From an uncultured Gammaproteobacteria bacterium (GTDB lineage Bacteria; Patescibacteriota; Patescibacteriia; UBA9570; XYC2-FULL-38-9), in the NCBI GenBank assembly GCA_964344485.1, contig CAYFNF010000001.1, forward strand, positions 186,115 through 250,114: a stretch of DNA of 64,000 nucleotides. Reading direction: 5' to 3'. Positions 49,027 to 58,598 of this stretch are shown piece by piece. The number at the start of each line of letters is the position of its first letter. Position 1 is the first letter of the stretch. A program made the translations under genes and the position numbers. Below the pieces are notes generated by a model that was not told where the DNA came from, did no database searches, and saw only the letters and a program-made list of their open reading frames with translations.

Positions 49027-50424
49027 TTAAAACACTGCTTCAGGTGGAGGAGCGTCTTGCTCGTCAAATCGTTTCTCAAGGTTTTTAAATGATGCTTTTT
49101 CAATATCGAAAAATAGCTCAAGTTGTCCAGTTGGTCCGTTACGATGTTTTGCTACAAAGATGTCTGCAATATTTTTTCGTTCAGTATCACGTTTGTAGTA
49201 CTCCTCACGATAGATGAACATCACCACATCCGCGTCCTGTTCGATGGATCCTGATTCACGCAAATGAGAGAGTTTTGGAATCGGCGGGTTGTTCATCTCC
49301 ACTGCACGAGAGAGCTGCGATAGAGCGAGTACTGGAATATTCAATTCACGCGCAATAGATTTTAATCCACGAGAGATCTCTGCAATTTGAGTTACGCGAT
49401 TGTCAGACGTGGTGTGACTTTCCATTAATTGTAAGTAGTCCAAGATTAACAGACCAATGCCGTGTTCCATCTGAAGACGTCGAGCGCGTGTGCGGATCTC
49501 CATGATATTGGCGTTTGCAGAATCATCAATATAGATCGGTGCTTCAGCCAGTTCTCCCATGGCACGTCCGATATTTGCAAAGTCTTCATCGTTTTGTAGC
49601 TTTCCAGTACGCATCTTCCATAGGTCCACATTTGCTTCAGCACAGAGCATACGATCGCCGAGCTGATCTTTACTCATTTCCAAACTCACGATTGCGCACG
49701 GTACTTTCTCTTGTACTGCAACGTGTCGAGCGATATCTAGTGCAAGACCGGTTTTACCCATAGAAGGTCGAGCAGCGAGTATGACTAAGTCAGATTTCTG
49801 TAATCCACCGAGAATGTTGTCGATCTTTGTAAACCCAGTAGCAATACCACGCAGTTTTCCTTCGTGTCGGTGGATTTCATCTAAGCGGTCAAATGCATCA
49901 GTCAAGATAGAATGAATCGGAATAAAATTTTGCTTCATGTACTGCTGTGACACACCGAATAACCGCTGTTCAGATTTATCAAGCAACTGCGCGATATCTT
50001 CAGTCTCTTCTTGTCCGAGTTTAATCATGTCATGTCCGGCCTTTATCAGCCGCCGTAAGGTCGCTTTCTCGCGGACAATCTTTGCGTAATGCTCAATATT
50101 GCTTGCAGTCGGTACGATATTCGTTAATGTCACTAAGTACGAACGACCGCCGATCTCTTTGAGCATCTCTCGTTCTTTCAAGCGATTGGAAAGACTCAGT
50201 ACATCAATAGGCTCTCTTTTTCCAAAGAGCTCCATCATGGACTCATAGATTACCCGATGTTTATCTGCGTAAAAGTCTTCTGGAGCAAGCGCGTCAGCAA
50301 TCTTAATAGTAGCGTCTTGGTCTATCAGGAGCGAGCCAAGTACTGCTTCCTCCGCCTCCATATTATGTGGGGGGATATTTCCGAGCTCAGAAGGAGCTTG
50401 CGGAATAGGTTGTTCTGTACTCAT
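49027..50424 (-). CDS. dnaB: Replicative DNA helicase DnaB
   Basis: N-terminal PPHNMEAEEAVLGSLL. Walker A ARPSMGKTGLALDIA. Start chosen at ATG 50424 (MSTEQ...). The ORF extends to 50508, but that N-terminus does not look like DnaB. Confidence 0.85.
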   Translation of the reverse strand: MSTEQPIPQAPSELGNIPPHNMEAEEAVLGSLLIDQDATIKIADALAPEDFYADKHRVIYESMMELFGKREPIDVLSLSNRLKEREMLKEIGGRSYLVTLTNIVPTASNIEHYAKIVREKATLRRLIKAGHDMIKLGQEETEDIAQLLDKSEQRLFGVSQQYMKQNFIPIHSILTDAFDRLDEIHRHEGKLRGIATGFTKIDNILGGLQKSDLVILAARPSMGKTGLALDIARHVAVQEKVPCAIVSLEMSKDQLGDRMLCAEANVDLWKMRTGKLQNDEDFANIGRAMGELAEAPIYIDDSANANIMEIRTRARRLQMEHGIGLLILDYLQLMESHTTSDNRVTQIAEISRGLKSIARELNIPVLALSQLSRAVEMNNPPIPKLSHLRESGSIEQDADVVMFIYREEYYKRDTERKNIADIFVAKHRNGPTGQLELFFDIEKASFKNLEKRFDEQDAPPPEAVF

Positions 50425-50715
50425 AGCCCACGTATTGTACCGCAGTTTCATTTGAGATTCAATGTATTCAACCACAGGTTTTCCCCGATTTTTTACACAT
50501 TTTGACATACATTAGTGATTATCCTGTAGTTCAGCACAATACCAGCGCGGATATTGACAAATTCGCGTTTTATTGTAGGGTAAAGGTGTTCTCCAGCCGG
50601 AGAGCCTTTGTTTTCGGGATACTCCTGAGCAGTGATGTAATCCATGTTCTGGAATATCTCGAACTAGGCAGATCCGACGCAGTGAGCACACTGCGTGTTG
50701 AACGAGGAGGACAGG

Positions 50716-50931
50716 ATGAGCAGATGCTCACAGGACGGAGGAGTGCACGGAACCGCGCGCTACATGCCCGAGACCCCGGCCGAGGCGTTTGCGCTCGGTC
50801 TGACGCTGGTGCTCAGCGACATGGCCAAGCCGTTCCGCGGCATCGGTCGTCGGGCCAAGCGCTTCGCGAGCCTCACGCGTCTTCCGCTGGCGCTCTGGCG
50901 CTGCCGCGTCACCCGCACTCACCGTTCGTGA
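50716..50931 (+). CDS. Small hypothetical protein in high-GC mini-cassette
   Basis: 71-aa ORF with a strong SD (GAGGAGG) 7 nt upstream. ~65% GC against ~40% flanks. Arg-rich C-terminus. Confidence 0.3.
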   Translation: MSRCSQDGGVHGTARYMPETPAEAFALGLTLVLSDMAKPFRGIGRRAKRFASLTRLPLALWRCRVTRTHRS

Positions 50932-50939
50932 TCGCAACC

Positions 50940-50975
50940 CGCGTCCCCTGACGCGGACCACTGCGATTTTTTTTA
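50940..50975 (+). terminator. Terminator-like hairpin ending the high-GC cassette
   Basis: Hairpin ccgcgtc-ccct-gacgcgg, then accactgcga and tttttttt. Confidence 0.4.
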
Positions 50976-51051
50976 CCCACGCTTCATATCTCTTGACCTT
51001 TTACATCCACAATGCTATGATCTTTCAGGCATTCTAATTACAACTATATAC

Positions 51052-51125
51052 GGGACGTTAGCTCAGCCTGGTAGAGCAACTGCCTTTTAAGCAGATGGTC
51101 GGAGGTTCGAATCCTCCACGTCCCA
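51052..51125 (+). tRNA. tRNA-Lys (anticodon TTT)
   Basis: Acceptor GGGACGT/ACGTCCC. D-arm GCTC-AGCCTGGTA-GAGC. Anticodon loop CTTTTAA. T-arm GGAGG-TTCGAAT-CCTCC. Confidence 0.85.
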
Positions 51126-51204
51126 CTCTCAGAGCGTATCCGCGCTTTTTTGTTTTTCTCTTTGTCGTACGGGAGGCTTTTCAAAACAGGTAAAATATAC
51201 TATA

Positions 51205-51387
51205 ATGTATGTGATGCAACATATAGAAGAAACCGTACTAGAAGACGATAAGTCAGACCCAGGAAAAGCAGCGATTCTTAGAAAAGCATTAATTGTTGGA
51301 TGTTTAGTGTTTTTCTTCTCTGTCGGTTTTTTTGTTGTAGGAGTAATTGCTCTCGCAAAATACGCCTCCAAAACACCGGGGGGATAA
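51205..51387 (+). CDS. Possible small membrane protein upstream of the P-type ATPase
   Basis: 60-aa ORF with a C-terminal hydrophobic helix. Ends 10 nt before the ATPase start. Confidence 0.25.
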   Translation: MYVMQHIEETVLEDDKSDPGKAAILRKALIVGCLVFFFSVGFFVVGVIALAKYASKTPGG

Positions 51388-51396
51388 CAATAGAAC

Positions 51397-54084
51397 ATGG
51401 AAAACGAAAAAAAGAATTTTCACACATTATCAATAGAAGAGACCTTTTCGCACGTACGTTCCTCTGCAGAAGGTCTTTCTGCTCAAGAAGCAGAGAAACG
51501 GCTAGAAGAATATGGGCCAAATGCGCTGCCTGAACCTGAGCGTGCTGGATGGTACGTGTTGCTCTATAACCAGTTTAAAAGCTTTTTAATTCTTATTCTG
51601 CTAGCTGCGGCTGTGATCAGTTTTCTTCTACACGATAAAACTGATGCGTATATTATTGTTGCTGCAGTATTAATGAATGTGATTTTTGGATTTATTCAAG
51701 AGAGTAAAGCTGAGAAGTCCCTGGAGTCACTGCGAAAAGTCATTACCTTAGAGGCAAAAGTAGCACGAAGCGGAAAAGAAGAGATTATTGATATAAAAGA
51801 GTTAGTACCAGGAGACATTATTCTTCTGAACGCTGGAGACAAGATACCAGCCGATGCACGCTTAATTGAAGTCTCAGACCTTGAAGTGAACGAAGCTGCG
51901 TTAACCGGAGAGTCAGCTGCAGTAAAGAAACAGCTGGAATCAGTAGACGCTTCAGCTGGTGTTGGTGACCGTAAGAACATGATTTTTATCGGAACCACTG
52001 TGGTGAAAGGGTCGGCACGGGCTGTAGTAGTACAGACCGGACTGCATACTGAGATGGGGCACATTGCTGAGTTACTCAAAGAGACTAAGTCAGACGCTAC
52101 TCCACTTCAAAAGAAGTTGGATCGGTTTGCTCGCAATGTCGGTTTAATTATTCTAGTGATCTGTGCAGTCATTATTGTGATTGGCCTGGTCAAGGGTATG
52201 GCATTTGTAGAGATCTTTACAACTGCTGTGGCTATTGCAGTATCAGCAATTCCAGAAGGGTTGGTGGTTGCGGTGACTGTGATTCTCTCTATCGGAATGC
52301 AGCGTATTTTAAAGCGCAAAGCATTAGTACGAAATTTGCAAGCAGCAGAGACGCTCGGTTCCACTAGCGTCATCTGTACAGACAAGACCGGGACCATTAC
52401 CGAAGGGAACATGCAGGTCGTATCTTTGGTGACTTCGGATTATCACTATAAAGGGTTGAATCAAGTAGAGCGACACGAACAAAAAGGGCTGCGCGAACTG
52501 ATCTTTGCATTGAACATCGGCATGCTCTGTAACGATGCGCATATTATTGAGCAAGGAACACAACTTAAGGAATCTGTAATTGTCGGAAATCTCACTGAGC
52601 GTGCATTACTTGCTGCGGGCATGAACATCGGTTTGGATCAAGCAAAGCTTCGTACAGATGAACCGCGCATCGCAACCGTACCGTTTGATTCAAAGATTAA
52701 GTACATGGCCACGCTTCATGAACATCCAAAAGGTGGAAGGCGTATCTATGTAAAAGGAGCACCTGAGAAGATTATTGCCATGTCGAAGAAGCTGCGTTCT
52801 GGATCTGCAACTCAAGATTTTTCATCTGCTAAACGTAAGAAATTTGAAGAGCAGTTTATAGAGTTCTCTGAACAGGGGCTCCGCATCCTCGCGCTTGCAT
52901 ACAAAGATGTACCGAAATCAAAGGACGACTTAACTGAGGATGACTGCAAAGAGCTGGTCTTTGTGGGTTTTGTTGGTATTAAAGATCCGTTGCGCGAAGG
53001 TATCTCTGAGACGTTCAAACACACTGCTGATGCCGGAGTCACCACAGTGATGATCACTGGAGATCACAAGATTACAGCGAAAGCCATTGCACAAGAGGTC
53101 GGGCTGCGCGCAGATGATAGTAATATATTAGAAGGGGAGGAGTTACATAATATGACGCAAGAGCAACTGAATGAACGGGTACAGGATATATCAGTGTATG
53201 CTCGGGTGTCACCAGAGGACAAGCTCAACATCATTAAAGCATGGAAGGAGAACGGCAAGGTCGTAGCCATGACCGGCGATGGAGTGAATGACTCTCCTGC
53301 ATTGAAAGCAGCAGATATCGGAGTCGCGCTTGGTTCAGGGACAGATGTTGCAAAAGAAGCTTCAGACATGGTGTTGCTAGATGACAATTATCAAACCACA
53401 GTCGCTGCGGTTGAAGAAGGCCGTGGAATTTTTGATAATATCCGAAAAGTCGTGCTGTACCTGATGTCTGACTCGTTCTCTGAGATGATTCTTATTATAG
53501 GAGCGTTACTGATTGGAGTACCAGTCCCTTTAACCGCTGCTCAGATTTTATGGATAAATATTGTTGGAGATGGCTTGCCAAATATGGCACTTGCTTTAGA
53601 GCCAAAAGAAGCAGAAGCCATGGATGAGCCGCCACGCGCGCTTGATGAGCCGGTCATGAACAGTCAGATGAAGACTTTAATGATTATTATTAGTTTAGTG
53701 ACGGGCTTCATTAACTTAGGAGTATTCATGTACTTCTGGAAGACCACTAACGATGTGGTGCTTGCTCGGTCTGTGGTTTTTGCATCCATTGCTGTTGATT
53801 CATTGCTATACCTCTTCTCGGTTCGTTCCATGCGTCACTCGATTATCAGCAAACAGTTCTACTCAAATAAATGGTTATTCGCTGCGGTCTTTGGAACCAT
53901 GTTGATTATGCTTGCAGCGTTCTACATTCCGTTCTTACAAAACGTACTCAAGACCACGCCAATCGGATTGTTCGAGTGGGGCGTTGTCTTTGCAGTATCG
54001 ATCGGCGTAATCATTATTATTGAAGCAATTAAGTACATATTCATCGTCTCACGAAAAAAAGAGCCTAAACCAGCAACCGTATGA
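51397..54084 (+). CDS. P-type cation-transporting ATPase (type IIA/IIB Ca2+/Mg2+-like)
   Basis: Phosphorylation motif CTDKTGTITEG. Hinge TGDGVNDSPALKAADIGVA. Ten TM segments. Confidence 0.9.
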   Translation: MENEKKNFHTLSIEETFSHVRSSAEGLSAQEAEKRLEEYGPNALPEPERAGWYVLLYNQFKSFLILILLAAAVISFLLHDKTDAYIIVAAVLMNVIFGFIQESKAEKSLESLRKVITLEAKVARSGKEEIIDIKELVPGDIILLNAGDKIPADARLIEVSDLEVNEAALTGESAAVKKQLESVDASAGVGDRKNMIFIGTTVVKGSARAVVVQTGLHTEMGHIAELLKETKSDATPLQKKLDRFARNVGLIILVICAVIIVIGLVKGMAFVEIFTTAVAIAVSAIPEGLVVAVTVILSIGMQRILKRKALVRNLQAAETLGSTSVICTDKTGTITEGNMQVVSLVTSDYHYKGLNQVERHEQKGLRELIFALNIGMLCNDAHIIEQGTQLKESVIVGNLTERALLAAGMNIGLDQAKLRTDEPRIATVPFDSKIKYMATLHEHPKGGRRIYVKGAPEKIIAMSKKLRSGSATQDFSSAKRKKFEEQFIEFSEQGLRILALAYKDVPKSKDDLTEDDCKELVFVGFVGIKDPLREGISETFKHTADAGVTTVMITGDHKITAKAIAQEVGLRADDSNILEGEELHNMTQEQLNERVQDISVYARVSPEDKLNIIKAWKENGKVVAMTGDGVNDSPALKAADIGVALGSGTDVAKEASDMVLLDDNYQTTVAAVEEGRGIFDNIRKVVLYLMSDSFSEMILIIGALLIGVPVPLTAAQILWINIVGDGLPNMALALEPKEAEAMDEPPRALDEPVMNSQMKTLMIIISLVTGFINLGVFMYFWKTTNDVVLARSVVFASIAVDSLLYLFSVRSMRHSIISKQFYSNKWLFAAVFGTMLIMLAAFYIPFLQNVLKTTPIGLFEWGVVFAVSIGVIIIIEAIKYIFIVSRKKEPKPATV

Positions 54085-54827
54085 ACATTACTGACGAACA
54101 AATATTTCAAGCAAAAAAACAGCTGCAAGAAGATATCACGAAATTCGAGCAAGACCTTCAGAAGTTGATTAAAAAACAGCAGGGGATTTCTAACGTAGAA
54201 ACGTTGGCTGCAACAGTGTTGCAGTACAATCAGATAGAACGAGAAATCGAAGATCGTGCGCATGTGTTTACTTTGCTCGCAGCACCTCCATCTTCGTTAA
54301 CTAGTCCGTTTGTAAAGTCTGAATTCTTTTCCTATATTGTTGCAGCAGAGACTATCGGGCCGGAGATGGTGAACTTATTGACTGATGACTTTATTACACA
54401 GATTCGTAAAGAGCTGCAATCCGGAGAGTACGACTCTGTGGACCTGGTGCATGCTGAGTTCAAGGAGTACATTCTTCCGGGAAAGATTATCGGGGAGAAG
54501 TTTGAGGAGATCGATAGTTTGCTGAATGAAATGAATGTCTACTGTAAGAACATCAAAGCAGACTATAATGAAGCAGAAGGAGCGCAGCAGGTGCTGAAGT
54601 ATGCATTCGAGATTTCAATAACTGCAGATACGCGTATGGAGCCTACAATTGAAGCAATAAGAAAGTTCCCGTTGCAAAATTTGTCAGATCAGGATCGAGC
54701 AGAGCTGTTAGATAAAGTAGAGGAACATTTAGCAGTTATTCGGTATAACGAAGCGAAAAAACAGAACATAGCTATGGACAAGGCTGTGAAGATGCTAGAA
54801 CAGAAACAGCAACCCAAAGAGCAGTAG
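54081..54827 (+). CDS. Hypothetical helical protein
   Basis: 248-aa ORF overlapping the ATPase stop by 4 nt (ATGA). Coiled-coil-like, no known motif. Confidence 0.45.
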   Translation: MNITDEQIFQAKKQLQEDITKFEQDLQKLIKKQQGISNVETLAATVLQYNQIEREIEDRAHVFTLLAAPPSSLTSPFVKSEFFSYIVAAETIGPEMVNLLTDDFITQIRKELQSGEYDSVDLVHAEFKEYILPGKIIGEKFEEIDSLLNEMNVYCKNIKADYNEAEGAQQVLKYAFEISITADTRMEPTIEAIRKFPLQNLSDQDRAELLDKVEEHLAVIRYNEAKKQNIAMDKAVKMLEQKQQPKEQ

Positions 54828-54912
54828 TAGATCATTTTTGCAATAAAAGCGGCGCAAGTTCGCTTTTTTTAACTGTTCTAGTATACTAACCAAGAGAATT
54901 AATACTTTATTT

Positions 54913-56202
54913 ATGCATGCATTAATATCAGATTTCTCTACTCATGTAGATGAAGAGGTGACCGTACGTGGGTGGGTCTATAACACTCGCAGTTCAGGTA
55001 AAATCGCGTTTCTCCAGGTACGAGACGGAACTGGCTTTGCTCAAGCGATTGTTTCCAGCCACGAAGTACCTAAGCTGGTATGGGAGACAGCGTTAAAGAT
55101 TACAGTTGAATCTTCGGTTGAGATTACCGGAGTGGTGTCCAAACACCCGAAAAAGGATGAGTATGAGCTACAAGTCCGCAAGATCGTTCCGTACCAGATT
55201 GCTCAAGAGTATCCGATAAGTAAGAAAGAGCACGGTCCGGATTTTCTACTGAATAATAGACATCTCTGGTTGCGTAGTCATAGGCAGTGGGCCATGCTTC
55301 GTATTCGACATTTAGTAAAAGCAGGACTGCAAGAGTACTACAACTCCCATAACTTCATTCAAGTTGACACCCCGATCTTTACTCCAACATCCTGCGAAGG
55401 TACATCAGACTTGTTTGAAGTGGAGTATTTTGATGACACCGCATATCTAACACAGAATGGACAGTTGTATTTAGAGGCGATGTGTTCGGCGCACGGGAAG
55501 GTCTATGACTTAGGGCCGAACTTTCGTGCAGAGAAGTCTAAGACGCGAAAGCATCTAACTGAGTTCTGGTCATTAAACCCTGAGATGGCGTTTGTCGAGC
55601 ACGAGGAGAGCTTGAAGGTGCAGGAGGAGTCGTTGAAGCATGTGGTGCGATATGTAGTAGATAACGCGCAACAGGAGCTGGAGATTCTTGAGCGCGATAT
55701 TGATGAGTTAGAAGCGATTGTGCATAAACCGTTCCTGCATATGGAATATGAAGAAGCAATTAGTGAATTACAGAAACGAGGGTCAGACATAGAGCACGGG
55801 GATGACTTAGGCGCTGATGACGAGGTGTTGTTGACTGAGGACTCTGAAGTTCCGATTATAGTGAAGAACTGGCCGACCGAGACTAAACCGTTTTACATGA
55901 AGGCGCATCCTGATAAGAAAGGATACGTCTTGAATGCAGATATCCTTGCATCAAAAGGATTTGGCGAGATCGTCGGCGGGTCACAACGCGAGAATGACTT
56001 TGATGTACTGCAGAAACGTATGCAAGATGAGCATCTTCCCCTAGAAGTCTTTAGCTGGTATTTAGATTTACGGCAGTACGGCAGTGTTCCGCATTCTGGA
56101 TTTGGTATCGGCATTGAACGAACCACGCGTTGGATCGCTGGAATTCATCATATACGAGAGACTATACCGTTCCCACGCATGCTCAATAGAATTACACCGT
56201 AG
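54913..56202 (+). CDS. asnS: Asparaginyl-tRNA synthetase (class IIb)
   Basis: OB-fold anticodon-binding domain VRGWVYNTRSSGKIAFLQVRDGTG. Motif 2 FRAEKSKTRKHLTEFWSLNPE. 429 aa. Confidence 0.85.
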   Translation: MHALISDFSTHVDEEVTVRGWVYNTRSSGKIAFLQVRDGTGFAQAIVSSHEVPKLVWETALKITVESSVEITGVVSKHPKKDEYELQVRKIVPYQIAQEYPISKKEHGPDFLLNNRHLWLRSHRQWAMLRIRHLVKAGLQEYYNSHNFIQVDTPIFTPTSCEGTSDLFEVEYFDDTAYLTQNGQLYLEAMCSAHGKVYDLGPNFRAEKSKTRKHLTEFWSLNPEMAFVEHEESLKVQEESLKHVVRYVVDNAQQELEILERDIDELEAIVHKPFLHMEYEEAISELQKRGSDIEHGDDLGADDEVLLTEDSEVPIIVKNWPTETKPFYMKAHPDKKGYVLNADILASKGFGEIVGGSQRENDFDVLQKRMQDEHLPLEVFSWYLDLRQYGSVPHSGFGIGIERTTRWIAGIHHIRETIPFPRMLNRITP

Positions 56203-56203
56203 T

Positions 56204-57382
56204 ATGCGCGCGAGAAGAGAACGCAGACCAACACCAAAAGAGGGGCGGTATGTTGCTATTGCACGAAAAAAGCATGCGCCAGTTGCAGCTGCAGTGTTAT
56301 TAGAGCAGCATCTGCTAGATCATGGAGGAATGACTGATCAGGAGTTCATGGAATTCATGCATGATAAAGGGGTGGCACCGCAAGTCCAAGAACGATTTGT
56401 AGATATTTTGCAGAGCTATCGAACAGCTACTGAAAAAGCAGATCATGATGAGATAAAAATGTTACGCGCTGCTGGATTTGATGAAACCGAGGAGCCAGAC
56501 CCTACTGAGTTTGGACGTGCAGTGTTTTTTGCTGCTACTGGAATGAAGCCTGTTGGTAATCCTGCATTTCAACGCTTTGGTCCTGCGCTTTCTCTGACTT
56601 GTGATAATAGAAAAGACTACTTTATCCTAAGTAGGAAGCGTCGTTTTTCAGATTTAAAACCAGGGACGAGTGGGAAGGCGTTGTTTCAACCGTCGCGTCT
56701 TGTGTTCTTTCTTAACGGAATTCAATTTATAGTTACGCCATTAATCCTTTTGAATAGCCAACACGGAGAAGACGATCTGCAAGAAGGAATCCGTCATGAA
56801 GTACAGCATTACATCGATGATAAGATTCTAAAAGGGTATACGCTGGTACGGCCAGAAGAGAAAAAGACTTCAGTTGAGCAGCATATCATCAAGCAGGAGA
56901 TCATAGCGTATATTCGGCAAGGGGATAATGAAATTGGGGAAGTTATTAAATTAGGCTCTGGTTCGTATAGTAAGTTTCTACGGTTTATGGACCAACCGGA
57001 GCGTGAACGTACATTGCGGGCTATCACTGGCATTGATGTGCAGTTAGAGCGACTGGATTCAGTATTCTCGTCAGAAGAAGGTCGTGCATTTTTAGCGTAT
57101 TACTTAGTGGACGCGCCTATTGAGGAGTTTCCTGCGTTATTACAGGGCTTGCATAAGTATAGTCAGGAGCTGCTGCGAGTATTCCAAGAATACGATGTTG
57201 ATGCTCCTGAAAGTGCGCCAGAAGGTGAATCTCAAGCAATGGGAGCATGGCAACAGTATGCTGCGCGTAAGGAAGAATTGAAGAAGCAGCTGCTATTACA
57301 TCCCAGCAGACCAGCTACTGATCTGCGAGCGCAGTTAGATGAATTACAACGACAACACCAAGAAGCAATTGCTCGTTTTTGA
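56204..57382 (+). CDS. Hypothetical protein with an HExxH motif
   Basis: Start at ATG 56204, right after the asnS stop. Contains IRHEVQHYID. Otherwise unrecognised. Confidence 0.45.
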   Translation: MRARRERRPTPKEGRYVAIARKKHAPVAAAVLLEQHLLDHGGMTDQEFMEFMHDKGVAPQVQERFVDILQSYRTATEKADHDEIKMLRAAGFDETEEPDPTEFGRAVFFAATGMKPVGNPAFQRFGPALSLTCDNRKDYFILSRKRRFSDLKPGTSGKALFQPSRLVFFLNGIQFIVTPLILLNSQHGEDDLQEGIRHEVQHYIDDKILKGYTLVRPEEKKTSVEQHIIKQEIIAYIRQGDNEIGEVIKLGSGSYSKFLRFMDQPERERTLRAITGIDVQLERLDSVFSSEEGRAFLAYYLVDAPIEEFPALLQGLHKYSQELLRVFQEYDVDAPESAPEGESQAMGAWQQYAARKEELKKQLLLHPSRPATDLRAQLDELQRQHQEAIARF

Positions 57383-57427
57383 CATAGTAAACAGATAGTG
57401 TTTGAATAAATTTTACAGGCATTGACC

Positions 57428-58411
57428 ATGGCCTGTTCTTTCTCGCCAACCCCATTGAGGAGGTACGCATTGAAAGAGGAAACGACAGGGCGTTCTATCG
57501 TCGTGACCGGGGGATCGAGAGGAATCGGTTGCGCACTGGTGGAGTTGTTCACCGAAGCAGGATGGAGGGTCGCAGCGCTCGCGCGCTTCTCTGAGACAGA
57601 CGGTGAACCACCGGCGGACTTCCCCAGAAGAGTGATGCCCATGCGGTTCGACGCAGTGTCGACTGTGGCCGACGTCTACGGCATTCATCACACCGCAGTG
57701 GGTAACATCGAGCCGGTTCTGGACACGGTTCTGGAGTGGAACCACGGGAGGCTGCCCGAGGTCGTGGTGCTCAACCACGGTACGGCTGCTGCGCACGAAG
57801 ACGCATTCAGCGCGATCTGGTTGCTGATCCTCAACCTGGTCAGCAAGGTGATGATCACCTACCGGCTGATCCAGCTCTGGGAAGAGCAGCATCGTCCACC
57901 CCTCACGGTCTGCTACATGGGTAGCTACATGGAGCGGTTGCCGCTGTTCGGCGCCAACCAGTACTCGCTGACCAAGGCCGCGCTGGCTCTGCTGGCGTAC
58001 CGACTCCGTCGGCAGTACCGAGGCACCACGCTGCACGTGATGCACGCAACGCCGGGAGTGGTGCGGACCCAGATCTGGGACCACCAGGACAACATGCAGC
58101 CGTGGTTCAGGACCATCATGCTGGCTCTCGCGACACCGGTCGAGGTCTGCGCGCGCAACATCATGCACGCCATCCTCAAGCGCAAGGCGTGCTCGCGGCC
58201 GACCATGGATGCGAAGCTGGTCTTCATGCCACTCGTGGGCCGACTGACGGTTCCGGTGTACAACATGCTCCGGTACCTCGGGTACAGTCCGGAGGAAGTC
58301 TACGAGGAGTGGCTGGCCAAGCGGCTCTACGGCACGCGCTGGTTCTACCGGCTCGTACAGTCCATCATGATCCGCATCGCAGGACGAATCGAACGCCAAC
58401 AGTCCGAATAA
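57428..58411 (+). CDS. Short-chain dehydrogenase/reductase (SDR) family oxidoreductase, high-GC foreign-looking gene
   Basis: Cofactor motif VVTGGSRGIGCAL. Catalytic YSLTK (YxxxK). GC about 60% or more. The fully overlapping antisense ORF 57413..58423 is a GC artefact. Confidence 0.7.
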   Translation: MACSFSPTPLRRYALKEETTGRSIVVTGGSRGIGCALVELFTEAGWRVAALARFSETDGEPPADFPRRVMPMRFDAVSTVADVYGIHHTAVGNIEPVLDTVLEWNHGRLPEVVVLNHGTAAAHEDAFSAIWLLILNLVSKVMITYRLIQLWEEQHRPPLTVCYMGSYMERLPLFGANQYSLTKAALALLAYRLRRQYRGTTLHVMHATPGVVRTQIWDHQDNMQPWFRTIMLALATPVEVCARNIMHAILKRKACSRPTMDAKLVFMPLVGRLTVPVYNMLRYLGYSPEEVYEEWLAKRLYGTRWFYRLVQSIMIRIAGRIERQQSE

Positions 58412-58434
58412 GGGTGAACCCATCCCTTTTTTAT
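58410..58434 (+). terminator. Terminator-like hairpin after the SDR gene
   Basis: Hairpin aaggg-tgaacccat-ccctt followed by ttttt. Confidence 0.4.
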
Positions 58435-58444
58435 TTCCGCGTTA

Positions 58445-58472
58445 TTGACAAATGCGGTACAGGTGATATACT
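58445..58472 (+). promoter_or_regulatory. Promoter-like element upstream of tRNA-Asn
   Basis: TTGACA, 16 nt spacer, TATACT. Confidence 0.4.
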
Positions 58473-58598
58473 ACGCGCACTATGAAAACGCATCGTAACA
58501 ATAATAGAAATAATACCCCGCACCTGCTGGCTTGTTTGCGTTGATATCATCTTTCAATCAACAGTAACAAGGCCAGCACCGCTGGTCTGTTTCTTTAT

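Noticed and set aside
50502-50951. 149-aa ORF 50502..50951 spanning the dnaB upstream region into the high-GC mini-cassette
   Set aside because: It begins inside the dnaB 5' region in another frame and is Arg/Ala-rich. The shorter 50716..50931 frame with a strong SD is the only plausible coding candidate there.
57413-58423. 336-aa minus-strand ORF fully overlapping the SDR gene
   Set aside because: Same GC artefact. It has an Arg/His/Pro-rich low-information sequence, whereas the + frame carries the TGxxxGxG and YxxxK SDR motifs.
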